This document shows, in pieces, positions 1 to 13,769 of a DNA stretch of 64,000 bases (positions are counted from its first letter, which is position 1; every line of letters begins with the position of its first letter). Both the position numbers and the translations under genes were made by a program. This DNA comes from Dudresnaya verticillata. Taxonomy: Eukaryota. The stretch covers positions 620,001 to 684,000 of the forward strand of contig OZ374563.1 in the NCBI GenBank assembly GCA_977862235.1, written 5' to 3'. The notes under the pieces were generated by a model. It was given only the letters and a program-made list of their open reading frames with translations. It did no database searches and was not told where the DNA came from.

Positions 1-23
1 CGTCTACAGACGTTTGCACCACA
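1..23 (+). repeat. 3' end of the 5' LTR of element A
   Basis: Identical to the last 23 nt of the 3' LTR, ends in CA, and is followed 2 nt later by the PBS. Confidence 0.93.
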
Positions 24-25
24 TC

Positions 26-43
26 TGGTCTCCCGACCTAGAA
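26..43 (+). promoter_or_regulatory. Primer binding site, probably tRNA-Tyr
   Basis: TGGTCTCCCGACCTAGAA. The reverse complement TTCTAGGTCGGGAGACCA fits tRNA positions 59-76 (C61, G72, A73, CCA). Identical in element C. Confidence 0.85.
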
Positions 44-149
44 AGTGCTACGTTTCAACGAGTTTCTCCGTCGTGCAACGTCCGACTCTCCGTCTTCAGA
101 CGTTTGTTGCTAATCGTCCACGACGTTCAAGCAACTCTACGATTGTATC

Positions 150-2700
150 ATGGCCTCACGACCGCCGCCGTCGCGAGGCCCAAGTTCAAGAAGACCGTCT
201 TCGACGCCGGGGAGTGTACCCGGGTCAGAGACGTCGCTACAGCGGATGACAACGAGGTCTGGGCGCCTCGTGAGCCCCGAGATAGCGTCGGCGTTCCCAA
301 CGCTACACCCGGGCCACGGCCACGCAGGTTCCCACGCGTCGCTCAACGGAGGAGAGTTACCTCCCCCGCCGACGCGCAACCCCGTCGTCGTCCGCACCTC
401 CGTCCCCGAGGGATCGGCCCTCCGCACCTACCGCTCCTACGTTGACTCGGCTGATAGAGTACAAGCCGAGCAACAGGACGTCGTAGACGGAACACAAGCC
501 GACCTCGTCGAGGGACAACCGGAACTTCCGGATCAACCAACTATTCCCGTCAACGACGATCAAGCGCACTCCGCGGAGCGCAACGTCGTTGACGAACCAT
601 TGACACACGGGGCATGTTGCCCCACTTCCCACGGCAGTGCCGGTTGTTCGCCGGCTAAGCCGAATTCGCCAAGTCAAAGGGCGCAAGGGACGCCCGACCG
701 GTCAAACCGCGAAAGCCAACCACCAACGGCGTCACGCTCGGCCGTCCGCGTGAGTAACTTAACGATACCACGCGAACGGATCCGGGAGGTGTGCGTCTTG
801 GAAGACGATGCGATGCTCGCTAGGTTCGCCGGGTTGCTGGACGACAGTGTCGGAGGAATCGCAAGTCGTCTACAGACGTTGGAAGAGGATCGGAACGGCG
901 CCCTACAAGGGCTGCGCTCCGACCTCGACCGTCTGTTGACGAACCAAAACGCCCAAGGCGAGGGTACACAACCACCGCCGGCAGTAACGGTTCATTCGCA
1001 TTCGGAGCTTAGCTCACGCGAACGCTTCCAGCGACTTGCGACTCGCTTAGAGCGTCTCGAAACCGCCAAGTGGCGCAACGGTCCACCGTCGGGCGACGAA
1101 AGCTCAGGCGAGGATCGTCACGGACGTAAGGATTGGAAGAGACGCCGTCGTAAGCTGCGTCAGAGACGGAAGAAGAACCGTCATCGACGTGGAGACTCAT
1201 CCTAGTCCTCTTCGGACTCGTCAAGTGACGGAGAGTCATCAGACTCTTCGTCTGAAGATGAAGATTTTCCAACTCTTGGCAGTGCCGCAAGACCTCGCGG
1301 AAAGCGGTTCAAGGGGTTGAAGGAGCTACGCCCCTCCAACCCCCTTTTCGATTAGTTATTATCGTACAGGACGTACCGTCTCAAAGACGTAGGGCAAAAA
1401 CGCTCAGGGCGCGACACGGGTAAGGTCAAAGACCATATCAAGCGCTTGGAGCTGACCATGAAGGACGCCGCCTTCAACGGCAGCGACCCCGTCATGGTCC
1501 TCGAGTTTCTGACGCGTTACGCGGATGAAGCCGATACGCTGGAGATGAGCGAAGCCCAAGCGTTCGTCGCGCTGCCGTACTTCTTGCGAGGTACGGCAGC
1601 CACGCAATTCCGCTCCGTCAAGTCGACGTCTTCTCGCCATCGCGGCGGGGTGTCTTCGTATCCGGAGGCGGTACAATACCTCCTCCGTACGTATGCTACG
1701 CCAGCGGCGATCAGGGACGCTGTCCTCTCCCTACGGTCGACTGCCCAAAAGCAAGGCGAGGACGAGACGATCTATGGGATGCGTCTAGCCGGTGCGTGTA
1801 TTCGTTGCGGTAACGTATATCCCGATTGGGAAAAGATGACGCTGTAAATCGACGGATTAGACCCGTCGATCCCTGTCGCTCGCTTCCGAGAAGAAACGCC
1901 AAGGGCGGAGTTGTCATTTGAGCGGCTGGTCCACTTCGCACAGGACGAAGGGGATGCCAACCGCCCACGACAGAGCCGGTTCCGCGTCAGCACGACGTGA
2001 CCTACTGACACCGGCTCAAGCCGTACGCACACCGCGACCCGCCATTGGCGATGCCCGAGGGGTACTGCGTCCACAGACGAGAGGCACCAAGCCTGGAGCG
2101 CGCGCTATGATAGCGGAGTCCTCCGTCGAGTTCCGAGACGTTAGTCGCCCTGTCGATGACATGGAAACACACGCCGAAGGCGATTTGTATTTGGCCGACG
2201 AGCAAGCGTCGGTGCCAACCTCGGCCCTACCGACGGACAGTTACGTCGATGACGAGGACGAAAGGGATATGGACCCTGCTCTCGCCTTTGGGCGCTCGGT
2301 CGTACCAGCGCCACGCGTCCCCTATTCCGAGTACGCTCCTCACGTCCACCGAGCAAGGCCCGGATGGCAGGACAGAGGCCCACCCCGTCAAGACGCACGT
2401 CGGCAGCTGGTATGCCACTAATGCTACGCCCGCGGCCACATCGCGCCGGACTGCTTCCTCCGCATGAGCGACTTCATGAAGGTTATTACCAACTATGAAG
2501 GACTAACCGAAGCCGAGAAGGCTGGCGTCCCCGCTGATGCGTATGTACGTTGCAAGGAATGCGCGACCCGCGACGCTGCTCGCCGTGCTGCACGACCACA
2601 ATCGCCACGAGGCGGACCCATGCCGCACGCGGCAGAACGTCATCCGACGATGATCAATCGCTACGAAGCGCCACAACCACCGCCGCAGGCGAAAAACTAA
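150..2700 (+). pseudogene. gag: gag of element A (in-frame stops and a frameshift)
   Basis: ORFs 150-1205 and 1446-1847 share one frame, separated by TAG stops. Capsid-like FNGSDPVMVLEFL...EAQAFVALPYFLRG aligns with FDGSDPVSIIGFL in C. CCHC knuckle LVCH*CYARGHIAPDC near 2410-2455. Ends QAKN-stop at 2700. Confidence 0.88.
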
Positions 2701-5700
2701 CTCGGGCACCAACACCTGACACTGGGGTGTCGCACCACGACGAGAGGCCTAGGCCTCGGGTGCTGACACGGAAGGAGGGCCCGAAGTTAGTTACCGAAGA
2801 CGCCAACGGGCGGATAGAGTCGCAGACGTCATTAAAACGCCCATGGCGAAGGTACCAGCCCCCCAAAACGCGAGGGCAGTTGTTCGTAATGGCCAAGAGG
2901 AACTATAAGGTGTACGCCGATTTGGGCGCAACCGTTAGTACCTTGGCACGTAAACTCACTGTCCTCGACACGGGGGCTGGTCCGAATTTCATTCGCATTG
3001 ACGACATTCCGCTGGAAGCGCGACCGCGCATCGTGACAAAGAGCCTCCCCGTCATAGCCTACGCCAATAATAAGGCGATCCAGACAAGAGGCACCATCGA
3101 CCTGGTCGTTCGTCTAGGACGAAGAGTCGTCAAGTTGGAACTGATCGTTTGCGAACGACTCGCTGCGCCGGTTATACTCGGCTGCGACTTTTGCGACCGC
3201 TTCGTCGAAGCAATATATCCGCGAAGTCGCGAGGTTGAATTGGATGACGGGACTCGCGTCCCTATAACGCGCCGCCCGCTGAGCCGACCCCCGTCGTACC
3301 CTCCGTTACCAACGGAACAGGAATACGGCAAGGCCGAAGGGAGGACGTCACCCAAGATCCGAGTCGCCGAGCGCGCGATCATCCCGCCTAAGGCGCAGCA
3401 ATGGGTATCGGTGACCACCGAGCGCGCCGGCATCATCACAATCCAACCGTTCGGAACGCTGTACGACAAACAAGGTCTGGCCGTTACGAACGGGATTGCT
3501 CAAGTGGAGCCGCTAAAAGCGTTTCGCATTCTGGTCGCCAACTTCTCTCCCCGCCCACAGGCGCTGGCCAAGGGCCAAGTCGTCGCGACGGCGTTACCAC
3601 ATCCGACGGCAGTGTTCCCCAGTCACGTAAGTCTAGCCGATGTTTTGGGCCTCACCGAGGAACAAGCCGAGGAGGAGAAGGCAAACCAAGATTTCCGTTT
3701 TCAAACGAACGATAACACTGCGGCACAGCCGGATACTTTCACGAAGTCTATCGAGGCAACCACTGCCAAACCTCCGTCAGTAGACGATTTAGACCTGGGA
3801 CATCTCCCCGCCGAGCATCAAGGCCGGCTTAAGGAGATGTTGCGCAAGTATTCGTCTATGTGGGACGGTTCGTTGGGAGAAATCTCAACCACGGAGCACT
3901 ACATCGACTTGCTTCCCGGCTCTAGACCGATATCGTCCCCGCCCTACCGAGCGGGGCCGATGCAAAGACAACTCGCTCAAGCGGAAGTGGACCGCATGCT
4001 GCGTCAAGGGGTTATCGAACCCGCACAATCGCCGTGGGCGTCACCAGTGGTCTTCGCCCCCAAGAAGGACGGGACCCTCCGCTTTTGCGTGGACTACCGT
4101 CGTTTAAACGCAGTAACCATACGGGACACGTACCCGCTGCCGCGTATCTACGAATGCATCGACAGTCTAGGGGAAGGAAACGTCTTCACCACCCTAGACT
4201 GTAACAGCGGGTACTGGCAAGTGCCGATCAATCCGCGATACCGCGACAAGACTGCGTTCACGTGCCACGCCGGACTGTTCCGCTATAAGCGTATGCCATT
4301 CGGTCTCACGAACGCACCCGCTACGTTTCAACGAACGTTGGACATACTACTCGCTGGTTACAAGTGGCGTTCGTGCCTCGTCTACCTCGATGACGTAATA
4401 ATCTTCTCCAACGACATCGACAGTCACTTCCGTCATGTTGACGAGATCCTTTCGACATTGCACCACGCCGGGGTGACTCTGAAGTTGACCAAGTGTGACT
4501 TCTTCACCCCGACCGTCAACTACTTAGGACAGGTTATACGTCCAGGACGGTTAGAAGTTGACCGAACTGTCACTGCCGCGCTACGCGAAGCCAAGCATCC
4601 AGGGGATCAGAAGGGGCTACGGAGTTTTCTCGGTCTTTGTAACGTCTACCGACGGTTCGTCTCGCGATACGCGCACGTCGCTGCCCCCCTCAACAAGTTG
4701 CTGAGGAAGGAACAGGACTTCCGGTTACCACCGTTTGATGAGACACAAGCCAAAGCGTTCAGTACGCTCGTCGAGGCCGTGACTCATCCGCCTATACTGG
4801 CGCTACCACAACAGGGTCTCCCCTATTCCGTCGATTGTGACGCAAGCGAGTATCAGGTCGGCTGCGCTCTCTTTCAGACGCAGCCCGACGGGGAACGTAA
4901 GCCGCTCGGCTTCTGGTCCCGCTCGCTCACCGCTCCAGAGCGTAACGACTCGGTCTCCGAAAAGGAGTGCCTCGCAGTAGTATGGTCCGTCATGACGCTG
5001 CGACCTTACCTCCAGATGGAGTCGTTCACAGTCCATACAGACCATTCGTCGTTGAGGTGGCCGATGGAAATCAGCGATCCCTCTGGACGGTTAATGCGGT
5101 GGCGCCTTCGCCTTTCCGAGTTCGACTTTGTCGTGAAGTACAAAAAGGGGTACCTGAATACCCAGGCAGATGCCCTTTCGCGTCTACAGACGAAAGGAGA
5201 AACCGTCGAGCCCATTGACGATGATATACCGTGCTATCACGGAAGCTACGTCGAAGACGGCCATCAAACGTCACAGGACGATCTGTCAGACGCCGAAGGC
5301 GAGGTCGACTTCGCCGAACGAGAGTTCGAAGAGTTCGACCAAGTGTTGATCAACAACACGCCACCGTCGGATGAGGTACTCCTTCGTCAAGTGACGCATG
5401 AGGAGTTGGTACACGCCCAAGGCGATGACAAGTACTGTAACGATGTCAAGAAACGTCTGGATGACGGAATCATATTACCGTTCGCAACGGATGAACAGGG
5501 CCTGTTGGTCCGAACAGTGGAAGTCCGTCCGCAAGTGGTCGTACCCTCCGCGTTACGCGCTCGCTTACTCCACCTCCGGCACCACGCCAAGTTGGCAGGG
5601 CACCAGGGGGGCGTAAGTTGTATCATACGCTTCGACGCGAATACTATTGGCCATCGATGCCAGTGGACTGCTATGCGACCGTCCGCAACTCCGTAACTTG

Positions 5701-7424
5701 CGCTAAGAATCGCGTATTACTACGAAAGAACACCAAGATATTGAAGTTGTTCCCGGCAACCGAGCCTCTCGAATTTGTATCGATCGGCATCCTGGGCGAA
5801 CTCATACGCACGAAGCGAGGAAACAAGTTCCTACTCGTCATTGTGCACCGCTTCTCGAAGCTGGTCTGGACGGTCCCACTGCGTAGTATTACGGCATTGG
5901 AAATCGCTAAGGCGTTTGCACGACATTGGGTCTCCTTGTACGGCCCCACCAAGAAACTGTTGTCCGATAACGGACCACAGTTCGTGGCTAAGCTGTTTCA
6001 GGATATCTGCCGTCTTTTGGGAGTGGAGAATCTCTTCACTACGACGTACCATCCGCAATGCAATGGCCAGGTAGAACGATTCAATCGAACTATCCTGGCC
6101 TCGCTGCGTCACTACGTTGCGGATCATCCGAGAGACTGGGACCTGTTCACGGATGCCTTGACGTTCACATACAACACACAATTGCATTCGTCTACGCATC
6201 TCGCTCCGTTTGAATTGGTGCTGTCGAAGCCACCACGACCATTGTCGCTCGAAGCGGAACCGTCGCTCGAAAGCGTACCCACCGCGGGGCAATACTACAC
6301 CAAGTGGCGAACCTGGCTGGCCGCACTGATGGGAACCGCTAAAGCGTCGTTACAGAAAACTCAAGCACGTTACAAACGAAACTTCGATACCCGATTAAGG
6401 AAATCGAAGGAAACAATCGCCGTAGGCGACTTCGTATTCGTACGTAAGGAATACTTCGCCCGAGGCGGGAGCACGGATCGCGCAGAGCGTAAGCATAAGC
6501 TGGCGCCAGTGGCGGACGGACCATACCGGGTAACGCACGTTGATAACGAGACAGTAACCGTCGACAAGGGACGTGATGAGCGGGAACGTTTGTCCCGAGA
6601 CCGCGTGGTCTGGGCGCCGACCCCACCGGGTCAGGCGGCCCCTCCAATCGTCGTACCACCAGACCCGCCTGAGGAGCAGGGAGCAGTCGCCCCCACGTCA
6701 CACGACGAAGGGACGACTACCCCAAGCACGCCACCAGCGGACCCGGAAGAGGACGCAGACACTTCGCATACTGCGGCAGATCCGCAAGAGCGTACGATCG
6801 CTGCGTCACGCAGCCGTGGGTTGGCAGAGCTTTCGCCCTTCGCCGCCGATCCCAACGACCGCGCTTCGCAATCCGTCTCCAACGACGACAGTACCCCAGA
6901 GGCTCGCACCCGTTTGGAACACGTCGCTACGGCACCGCCGAATGAGAACAATGACTCCGCTGAAAGCGCGTCCGATAACGACGACGTTAACCGTGCAAGC
7001 ACGAATCAAGGCGCTGCAAGCGATGAACTCGTCTCAAGACGCAACAATCCGCAACAATCCACTGACCGCTGACCGAGCGTCCGAGGCCCAAGGCCAACGC
7101 CTTCGGCGATCAACTCGTCGAGTACGCTTCGCCGAACCGGAACAGACGCCCATCACGCAACGAGACAAACCCCCAAAGGCGCTAGACAGGCCCACGCCCA
7201 AGCCGAACGCTGTGAGCGGAAAAGAATACGTGATTGAACGCATAGAGTCGCACGCATACGCGGATGATGATGAGATCCTCTACCGCGTCAAGTGGTTTGG
7301 ATACCCCGCTTCAGCGAACACCTGGGAGCCAGTCTCCAGTTTGCCGCGCTCCCACGTCACACGATACCACCGTCGCAAACGTATGCAGCTGCCGCCAAAC
7401 GTCGACGACGCGCAACGCGGCTAA
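2691..7424 (+). pseudogene. pol: pol of element A: protease, RT, RNase H, integrase, chromodomain
   Basis: Protease VLDTGAGPNFI; RT FCVDYRRLN, MPFGLTNAPATFQR, YLDD; RNase H DCDASEY, EKECLAVVW. Frameshift near 5610 into the integrase (SDNGPQF, YHPQCNGQVERFNRT; SIGILG and VHRFSK look mutated from Asp). Chromodomain EYVIERIESH...YRVKWFGYPASANTWEP is in a third frame. Confidence 0.95.
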
Positions 7425-8747
7425 CCCTAGTCCGGAAATACCGCTGGAAGCGAATGGACGGACGATCGAGCCCACGTGCTCGCCCTACGATCGCCAACGG
7501 CGCGGAAGCTCAACCCATGCCCTGTGGATGCGGTCGCCGGAGCGACAGCGCCAACCACGGGTGCACGCCATGGGCGAACGCGGAGGCAAGTCGTTGCGTC
7601 ATAGACAGCCTCGCGCACGCCACCTTGCAGCAGCCCCCATACGGAACTTCTAGATGGGTGCGCTGTTGACAGTGGATCCAGATCGCAAATCGAGATCCGC
7701 CGCCGGCGACCCTCGGGTAATATGAGGCAGTAATTGGTCCAATTTTAATTTCCAAACACGGCAGCGCGCACCACCCCGCCGTCAACGCACGACGAACGCA
7801 ATTATGCCAAGTGGCTGAGCAGGTGCTACGAGCCCCAGCGACGACAGGCGCAAAGTGGCAGCGCACGACAACCGTCTCCGACGTCGAGACGTGCCTCACC
7901 CCACGGCCAAGTCCCTGGGACCGCCACCCTGCCGGCCACGGTCTCGCGCGCAAGACCCGTCGAACGTCTCCAACGTAACTCGCCGAGAAGGGGCGCACCG
8001 ACAAACCCACCCCCGAAGGGGGGGAAGGTGGTCGAAGACGCAGTTGCTGCGGGTTCCGTGCACGACGCGCCAACAAATCGCCAACGACTCCGCCGCTGCC
8101 TGCAGCCGCCGCGCAGTCGCGCGAGCGCGACCGACAACTCTACCCTACCCACAACGAGGAACGTCGAAGACGAAAGGGGCGGCAACGCCGAAGCGTCAAA
8201 ACCTACCTCACCGCCTTCGTGACCGTCGTCGAGGACGCCGACAAACCACGCCCAAGGCGCAGTGACCCAACAAACCACGCCCAAGGCGCTGTGCGACACA
8301 TGAACTACCAAAAAACAAAACGCTAAGTAAGCGGAAATACGCCAACGCCGCGCGCCTGACGCGCGTGAAACACGAAGAACAACGCTACTACAGCGGACCC
8401 TACTGGGCAAACAAAGCCAAGTGCCAACGCACGGCTAAGGCCAATGGCACCAAACAAAACGCCAATGCTACTGTAGCGGGCAAACAAGAACACGACGCAA
8501 AGTCGAAAGTGGATCACAAGTCACACCCTAAGGCCAACGCGAAACGCGACACACAAAGACGCTGACAATGTCCGAAGTTTACTGGGCTAAAAACAAATGG
8601 GGACAACCCCTCGCCCTAGCAATCGACCACTACAGCTACATTAATCGTCAAAGACGAGGGGGGAATACCCCGCTCATCGGCCCCGCAAGGGAGCCGAAGG
8701 GCAACTCAATACGCACCTCGCGTCCGCTATTCGTTGCTCAAACGACA

Positions 8748-11051
8748 TCAAGACTCTTTCGTCGCAGACGAATCGGATGGTACACCCACAGCGCCTTCGG
8801 CGGAATCACGCAACGCCTCTTCGTAGAGGTCGTCCTCCGTCCTCGACGGTACACTCACGGCAGGAGCCGGGGCGGACCGCAAAGGCCTTGCCACCGCAAC
8901 TGCCGGAGTGACTATAACATTCGCCGCAGGCGAAATGGGCGACTCATCAATCGCCTTCGGCGTCGTCGCGACAATATCCGCCAAAGGCGATGAAACAATA
9001 ACACTCGCCACGGGCGCAGAGCTCAAGCCATCGTTCGCCTTAGGCGCGGGCACAGCCCCATCCGCTTTAAGCGTAATCAACGACTCGTCGACCGCCTTTG
9101 GCGTCAGTTCAGAAACTGCCTTGATTGGCGTCGCTTCGTCACTCGCCTTCGGCGCTGTGAACCCAACACCCGTCAATGACGCAGGAGCCCCTGGCCCCTT
9201 TGGCACCGTCAACGACGCTATAGCGGCATTCGCTTCGCTCGCCACAGGCGGTACAGTCATATTCACGTCTTGAGACGCCGGACCATTTGCCTTAGGCGAC
9301 GAAGGCATCTCTGTCACACCGTCCTTCGACGCAGAACCTACAACACTAGTCGACTTCGGTGCGGGTCCACCCTGAGGTGGAACCGCAGTCGACAACGCTT
9401 GGCTCATCCACTCAGTGGGTGAGCCGCTCAGACCGCTAGTAGCGACGCCTGCCGCCTGCAATAACGCAAGCACGGTGCGGCGCTGTTCTTCGGTCCAAAC
9501 CGGCACCGAAGCTGGACCCCCAGAACCGTCTGCGACGTTCGATGCTTCGCCTTGAGGCGTCACGGTCGGCGGAGCCGACTCCACTATTGGCGTTGCCATA
9601 ACGGCATCGCCGTCATCGTCAGCGACGGGAACCGTGAGGTCCAGAGGAGCAACAGCTGGCAGGCCAGCTGGCACTCCACCGCCACTAACAGCGCCTCCGG
9701 GCAAAGCCAAAGACGCGGGCGCAGGCTCGGCAGTTGCCTCAACCGCCATAGGCGCAACAATGTCCGTCCCAGACGGGTTCTCCGGTCCGCCATCGGCGTT
9801 AAACGCATCCTCCTCGGCCATTAAGGCGCTCAAATGCGGAGGAAAATCACCGACAAAGTCGCAGCTCTTACGCAAACCACGCGGGTGATTACCCGGGGTG
9901 AAGCGGTCCGTTTTGCGATGGCGCTCCGCAATGTTCTTCGTCGTACGACGCTTAGTCCACGGGTTATAATGGACCCAATCGCCACAGGCGGAGTGAGTCC
10001 GACTCATCGCGAATCGCGGACGGTTCGCCTTACGGCGGTTGTTCGCATACGGCACCATTGCCGGGTCGTTCCAGTCGATCTCATCCGCCACAGCGCGCAG
10101 GTTCCAGAACTCCTCGGCGTTCCGGGACCCGCCAAATATTTCGACCAAGTCGAGGCTGCCAAGCTGAGCCACCACACGCGGGGGCAAGTGGTACATACGG
10201 AAGGTGTCATACACCTCCCATAACCACGCCAACGCCACATTGGCGACCCACTCCGTGTAAAACACGATCCAATACCTGGAATAGGGGTCGGTCATCAGCT
10301 CGGAACCAAGATACGTGACACACGGAGGAAGCTCTACGGAGAAACCCTCGCATATCTCAAACGCTCGCCATACAGGCGGTACCTTCACGAAACAAAACGG
10401 TAACTTACTATGCTCAATGCGATCGACCTACATGTCCTGGTAAGGTACGAATACGCCCTTTCGGCGACGCGTCTCGCACTCCCACCGGATACAACGCTCC
10501 CAAAAGAACGTACCCGTCCGATGCAAGTAACGAAAATCCGCTTTCAAGCGTACGCCTAACAGATAGGCCTCTCCCAACACGCGCGGTTCAACCGACACGC
10601 TCACGTGTTTGAGCGATAACGTCCCAAGACGAGCACCATATTCGGCTTCGCCGGCTGTGCGGTACTGTCCCGCATCATAATTGAACAGGGGCGGCGTTAA
10701 CGTCGACCCCGGATACCGCGTGAAGCGACGATACACGTCTGAGACGAACTGCGCGTGGACGTCCGCACGCGACTGTTCCGCTCGCACCCAAAGCCATTCC
10801 GCAGGAACGGCGCAGCGTAACTTCCATTCCAACGTCCAGACGACGCCGAGGGGCAGGCCCCCCGGCAAGCAACCGCTATTAGCGTAATGGGCAACCAATT
10901 CCTCCTCGCGCAAAGCCTCCTGGTCAAACCAGGGGGCTCGCGCGAAGAAATGTGCGTGATCGCGAGGGTTCTTTCCGACGAAGTCGACCGGCGAAGCGTA
11001 CACCGGCGCAGCCGCGGGCGCCGCCACCTGCATGCCATTGAACATCGGCAT
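8748..11051 (-). pseudogene. Antisense accessory ORF of element A (unknown family, 768 codons, one internal TAG)
   Basis: ORFs 10428-11051 and 8748-10388 are in one frame, joined through a single TAG (QDM*VDRIEHSKLPFCFVKVPPVW). Trp/Tyr-rich N-terminal half and Pro/Ala/Ser-rich tail with PKAxD repeats. Homologous to 59346-61649. Confidence 0.85.
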
Positions 11052-11536
11052 GACGTCAACGACGAGAATATGTTAACGCCAAAGGCGATGCTTGTGCAAA
11101 CGTCAAAGACGACTCGTGTTCTGCGCCACTGGCGAAAGCTTCAAGAAGCGTGCGTCGAAGACGATTACTGTTGTAACGCCTTAGGCGAGGAAACGAAACC
11201 CACGTCGACGACGTTCAGCAGCTGCGCCAATGGCGATGCTGAAGGCAAACGACGTCGATGACGATTAAGTTGCAACGAGGGATATACGATAGACGTCAAC
11301 GATGGAGCTCGTTATGCGCCACAGGCGGTGATGTCGGGGCAGCGTACGTAGCCGCACGAGTACGCAAACGCAACAAGAGCGGGGTTCTTACGGCACAGCC
11401 GAGGTCGCAGTCGCACGCGGCGCACCAATACAATACGCGAAGACGCGGGGACTCGCTCGCAAGGCGCGGAAGTCGGCAGGGACGCAACGGCAGAACGAAC
11501 GGCAGCAGGTTGAGGGTCGGGTCGTGTTCGCGTTTT

Positions 11537-11546
11537 GGGGGGGGGG
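11537..11546 (+). promoter_or_regulatory. Polypurine tract of element A
   Basis: G10 run ending 3 nt before the LTR start TGTGGTGCAA. Confidence 0.85.
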
Positions 11547-11549
11547 TCG

Positions 11550-12453
11550 TGTGGTGCAAGGGGAGGTGAGCCCTTTTTCGCTGAAAACGGGCAGACCAAA
11601 TACGTCGACCGACGGAGAAACCGCCACCGGCGCTCACCACCGCCGTTGGCGCGCGAACACGTCATCGACGGCTCACTGGGGCGCGCGCGCACACTGCGCG
11701 CCGCGCGCCACGCGGGCACTGTACGGTGATGGCCCGACGTGGCGCCCCGGGACACTGTAATACGGATCCGGATGGGATCCGGATCCGGTATCCAGATTGG
11801 CTATCCGGATCGCCTAAGATGTAAGATACGCGCCTGTAAGGCTGTGGGTATTCGCATTGCTGGCCCGATCCGGATGGGATCGGGATTGGACAAGTATCGG
11901 ATTAGATCTAATGCGCACGCTTTACAGTGCGCGCGCACGCACGGCTGTAAGGCCCACGCGTCCACGTGTGTGTGTAAGCACCCATACAGGGGATTGCACG
12001 GCAACCTGTCAGGCGCGCGGCTGCACGCAATCAGTGATCTGTCAGACGCGCCTCGGGACGACACGTGTCCCGAGTTCCCGCGCTACGCATACGCACCGCC
12101 GCCGCCGCACCGCCGTACTGTACTTAGGTAAGCCGTCCCAGACGTAACAGTAAACGCCCAGGAAAGCCGGCCTTGGCCCCAGACTTCCCTGTTCCGCACG
12201 CGCGTATCCTACCGCTGCCTACGGCTAAGCGTCTACCTCCCGTGCTTCCACCTCTACCATCGTCCTTGACGTGTTCCCTTTCTCTTTCCCTTTTCCTTCC
12301 TTTCCGCCTCGGGCGTTTACAGTCCGCCCAAGGCGTGCCCCTTTGCTCTACCACCAAGTTGCCCACGGCGGGACTACCTACCGCCGAGGGCGCAGCTACC
12401 CACTGAGCCCCGAACTGCTCGGCGGTCCATCGTCTACAGACGTTTGCACCACA
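11550..12453 (+). repeat. 3' LTR of element A (904 bp)
   Basis: Perfect 10-bp terminal inverted repeat TGTGGTGCAA...TTGCACCACA. Preceded by the PPT, and its end matches bases 1-23. Confidence 0.93.
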
Positions 12454-13181
12454 CCGAACCCAACCTTTTGGGGTGTCCTCTCAATAGAAGATATATGTTT
12501 TATACCTGTGTTAATCGAAGAGGTTCGGTATGCGCTGCATGGCCCCCGCGCGGTGATGGCAAGGAAGTGACCGTGCCTGGCCAGTAGTGAGAGGTTCTAC
12601 TTGACTCACATGGGTGTGATTACGGCAGAGGCCCATATGCGGTGGTTTTGTGTCGACAGATATGTCACGGCGTTTGAGAAGGTTTTCGATGCGTTCTGCG
12701 AACATGCATTTGATGGGAGAGTTAGAGAACTACATATATCCTCTTGGATTCACGGCAGTCAGTAAATGCACCTTGGGAGAAAGGAAAGACTGAGAGTCAC
12801 TGCCGAACGAGCACGGTGCAAAACACAAGTTGTCCCTATTGAATACAATAGAGCGTTTCAAGGTTGTAGTTGAGAACTTGTTCCGTAATGCTACACGACA
12901 ATATGTTTGTAGCCAACCAGAAGTGTGCCGGCACTATCTACGCTTCATTAAAGTTTTGCGTGTCACGCTACAACGACGGTTACCGTCTATCTCGCAAACT
13001 GCGAGAAGAGACACGCCACGCTCCCAACACGCGCTCGCCCGCGGCCGCCAACCGCAAATTCAACAGCGGCGCAATGCGCAAGCTGCCCGATCTGAGCCAC
13101 CCCGATGGATCACTTGGATATTAAATGTGCCAGACTTCAAATGATGCACCAGAAGCGTAAACATTTTAATGGTCTGTCGTG

Positions 13182-13630
13182 CTACGATTTCTGTAGTGAG
13201 TCTCGTATTTTCTTCTTAACGGCTTGGGGCAGGCATCTATTAGACAGCTTCTCAAACTCAACGAGGACAGACGCGGCATCAACACCGTCAGTCCATGCCT
13301 TCTTGGTTCTGGCGTAGACAAAAGGGCGATATTTACCGTCCCACGCGTCCTGTCCTGAACCAACCTCATACCACCTGATTGACAGGGTGCAAACGACACC
13401 CATGATATCCTTCTTCCAGCCCTGTACCTGTGCGATCCAGAAAGGCACATTATTGTCCTTAATGTTCAGGACCACGAAACGGTTGACACCATACGTCAAG
13501 TCAGCACGCTGAGTCTCGTGCTCAGCGTCATCCTGCTCCTCGGCGTCTCTATCTGCATCCTCCCCAGTTCACAATCGCTTTCGGCAACTTGCTCCGACTT
13601 TCAATATACAACCTTCTTCTCCAATACCTT
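13182..13630 (-). pseudogene. C-terminal fragment of an unidentified, probably transposon-encoded protein
   Basis: Acidic linker followed by a globular segment FVVLNIKDNNVPFWIAQV...IRWYE...WDGKYRP...WTDGVDAASVLVEFEKL. Truncated where element B sequence begins. Confidence 0.4.
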
Positions 13631-13769
13631 TGTCAGGTCTCAATTCAAAGGCTCCTCGCGATCGCGGAAGACCTCATCGCGCAATGTTTGTAACTCCTTT
13701 AGCCAGTCCGACCTTTCGTATACGTACACTCCGTTGGAAATCGTTCCCTCGGATACCGTCGGTCGACTC

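Larger units (their letters stand above)
1..12453 (+). mobile_element. Ty3/Gypsy chromovirus-like LTR retrotransposon A (5' LTR cut by window edge; coding regions disrupted)
   Basis: Bases 1-23 (CGTCTACAGACGTTTGCACCACA) recur exactly at 12431-12453. A PBS follows the first copy. Domain order is gag, PR, RT, RH, IN, chromodomain. A G-tract PPT precedes the 3' LTR. Confidence 0.96.

Noticed and set aside
8748..11051. Functional meaning of the identical 2304-bp length of the A and C antisense frames
   Set aside because: The conserved core sits at different offsets and the tails are unrelated, so exact equality is probably coincidence.
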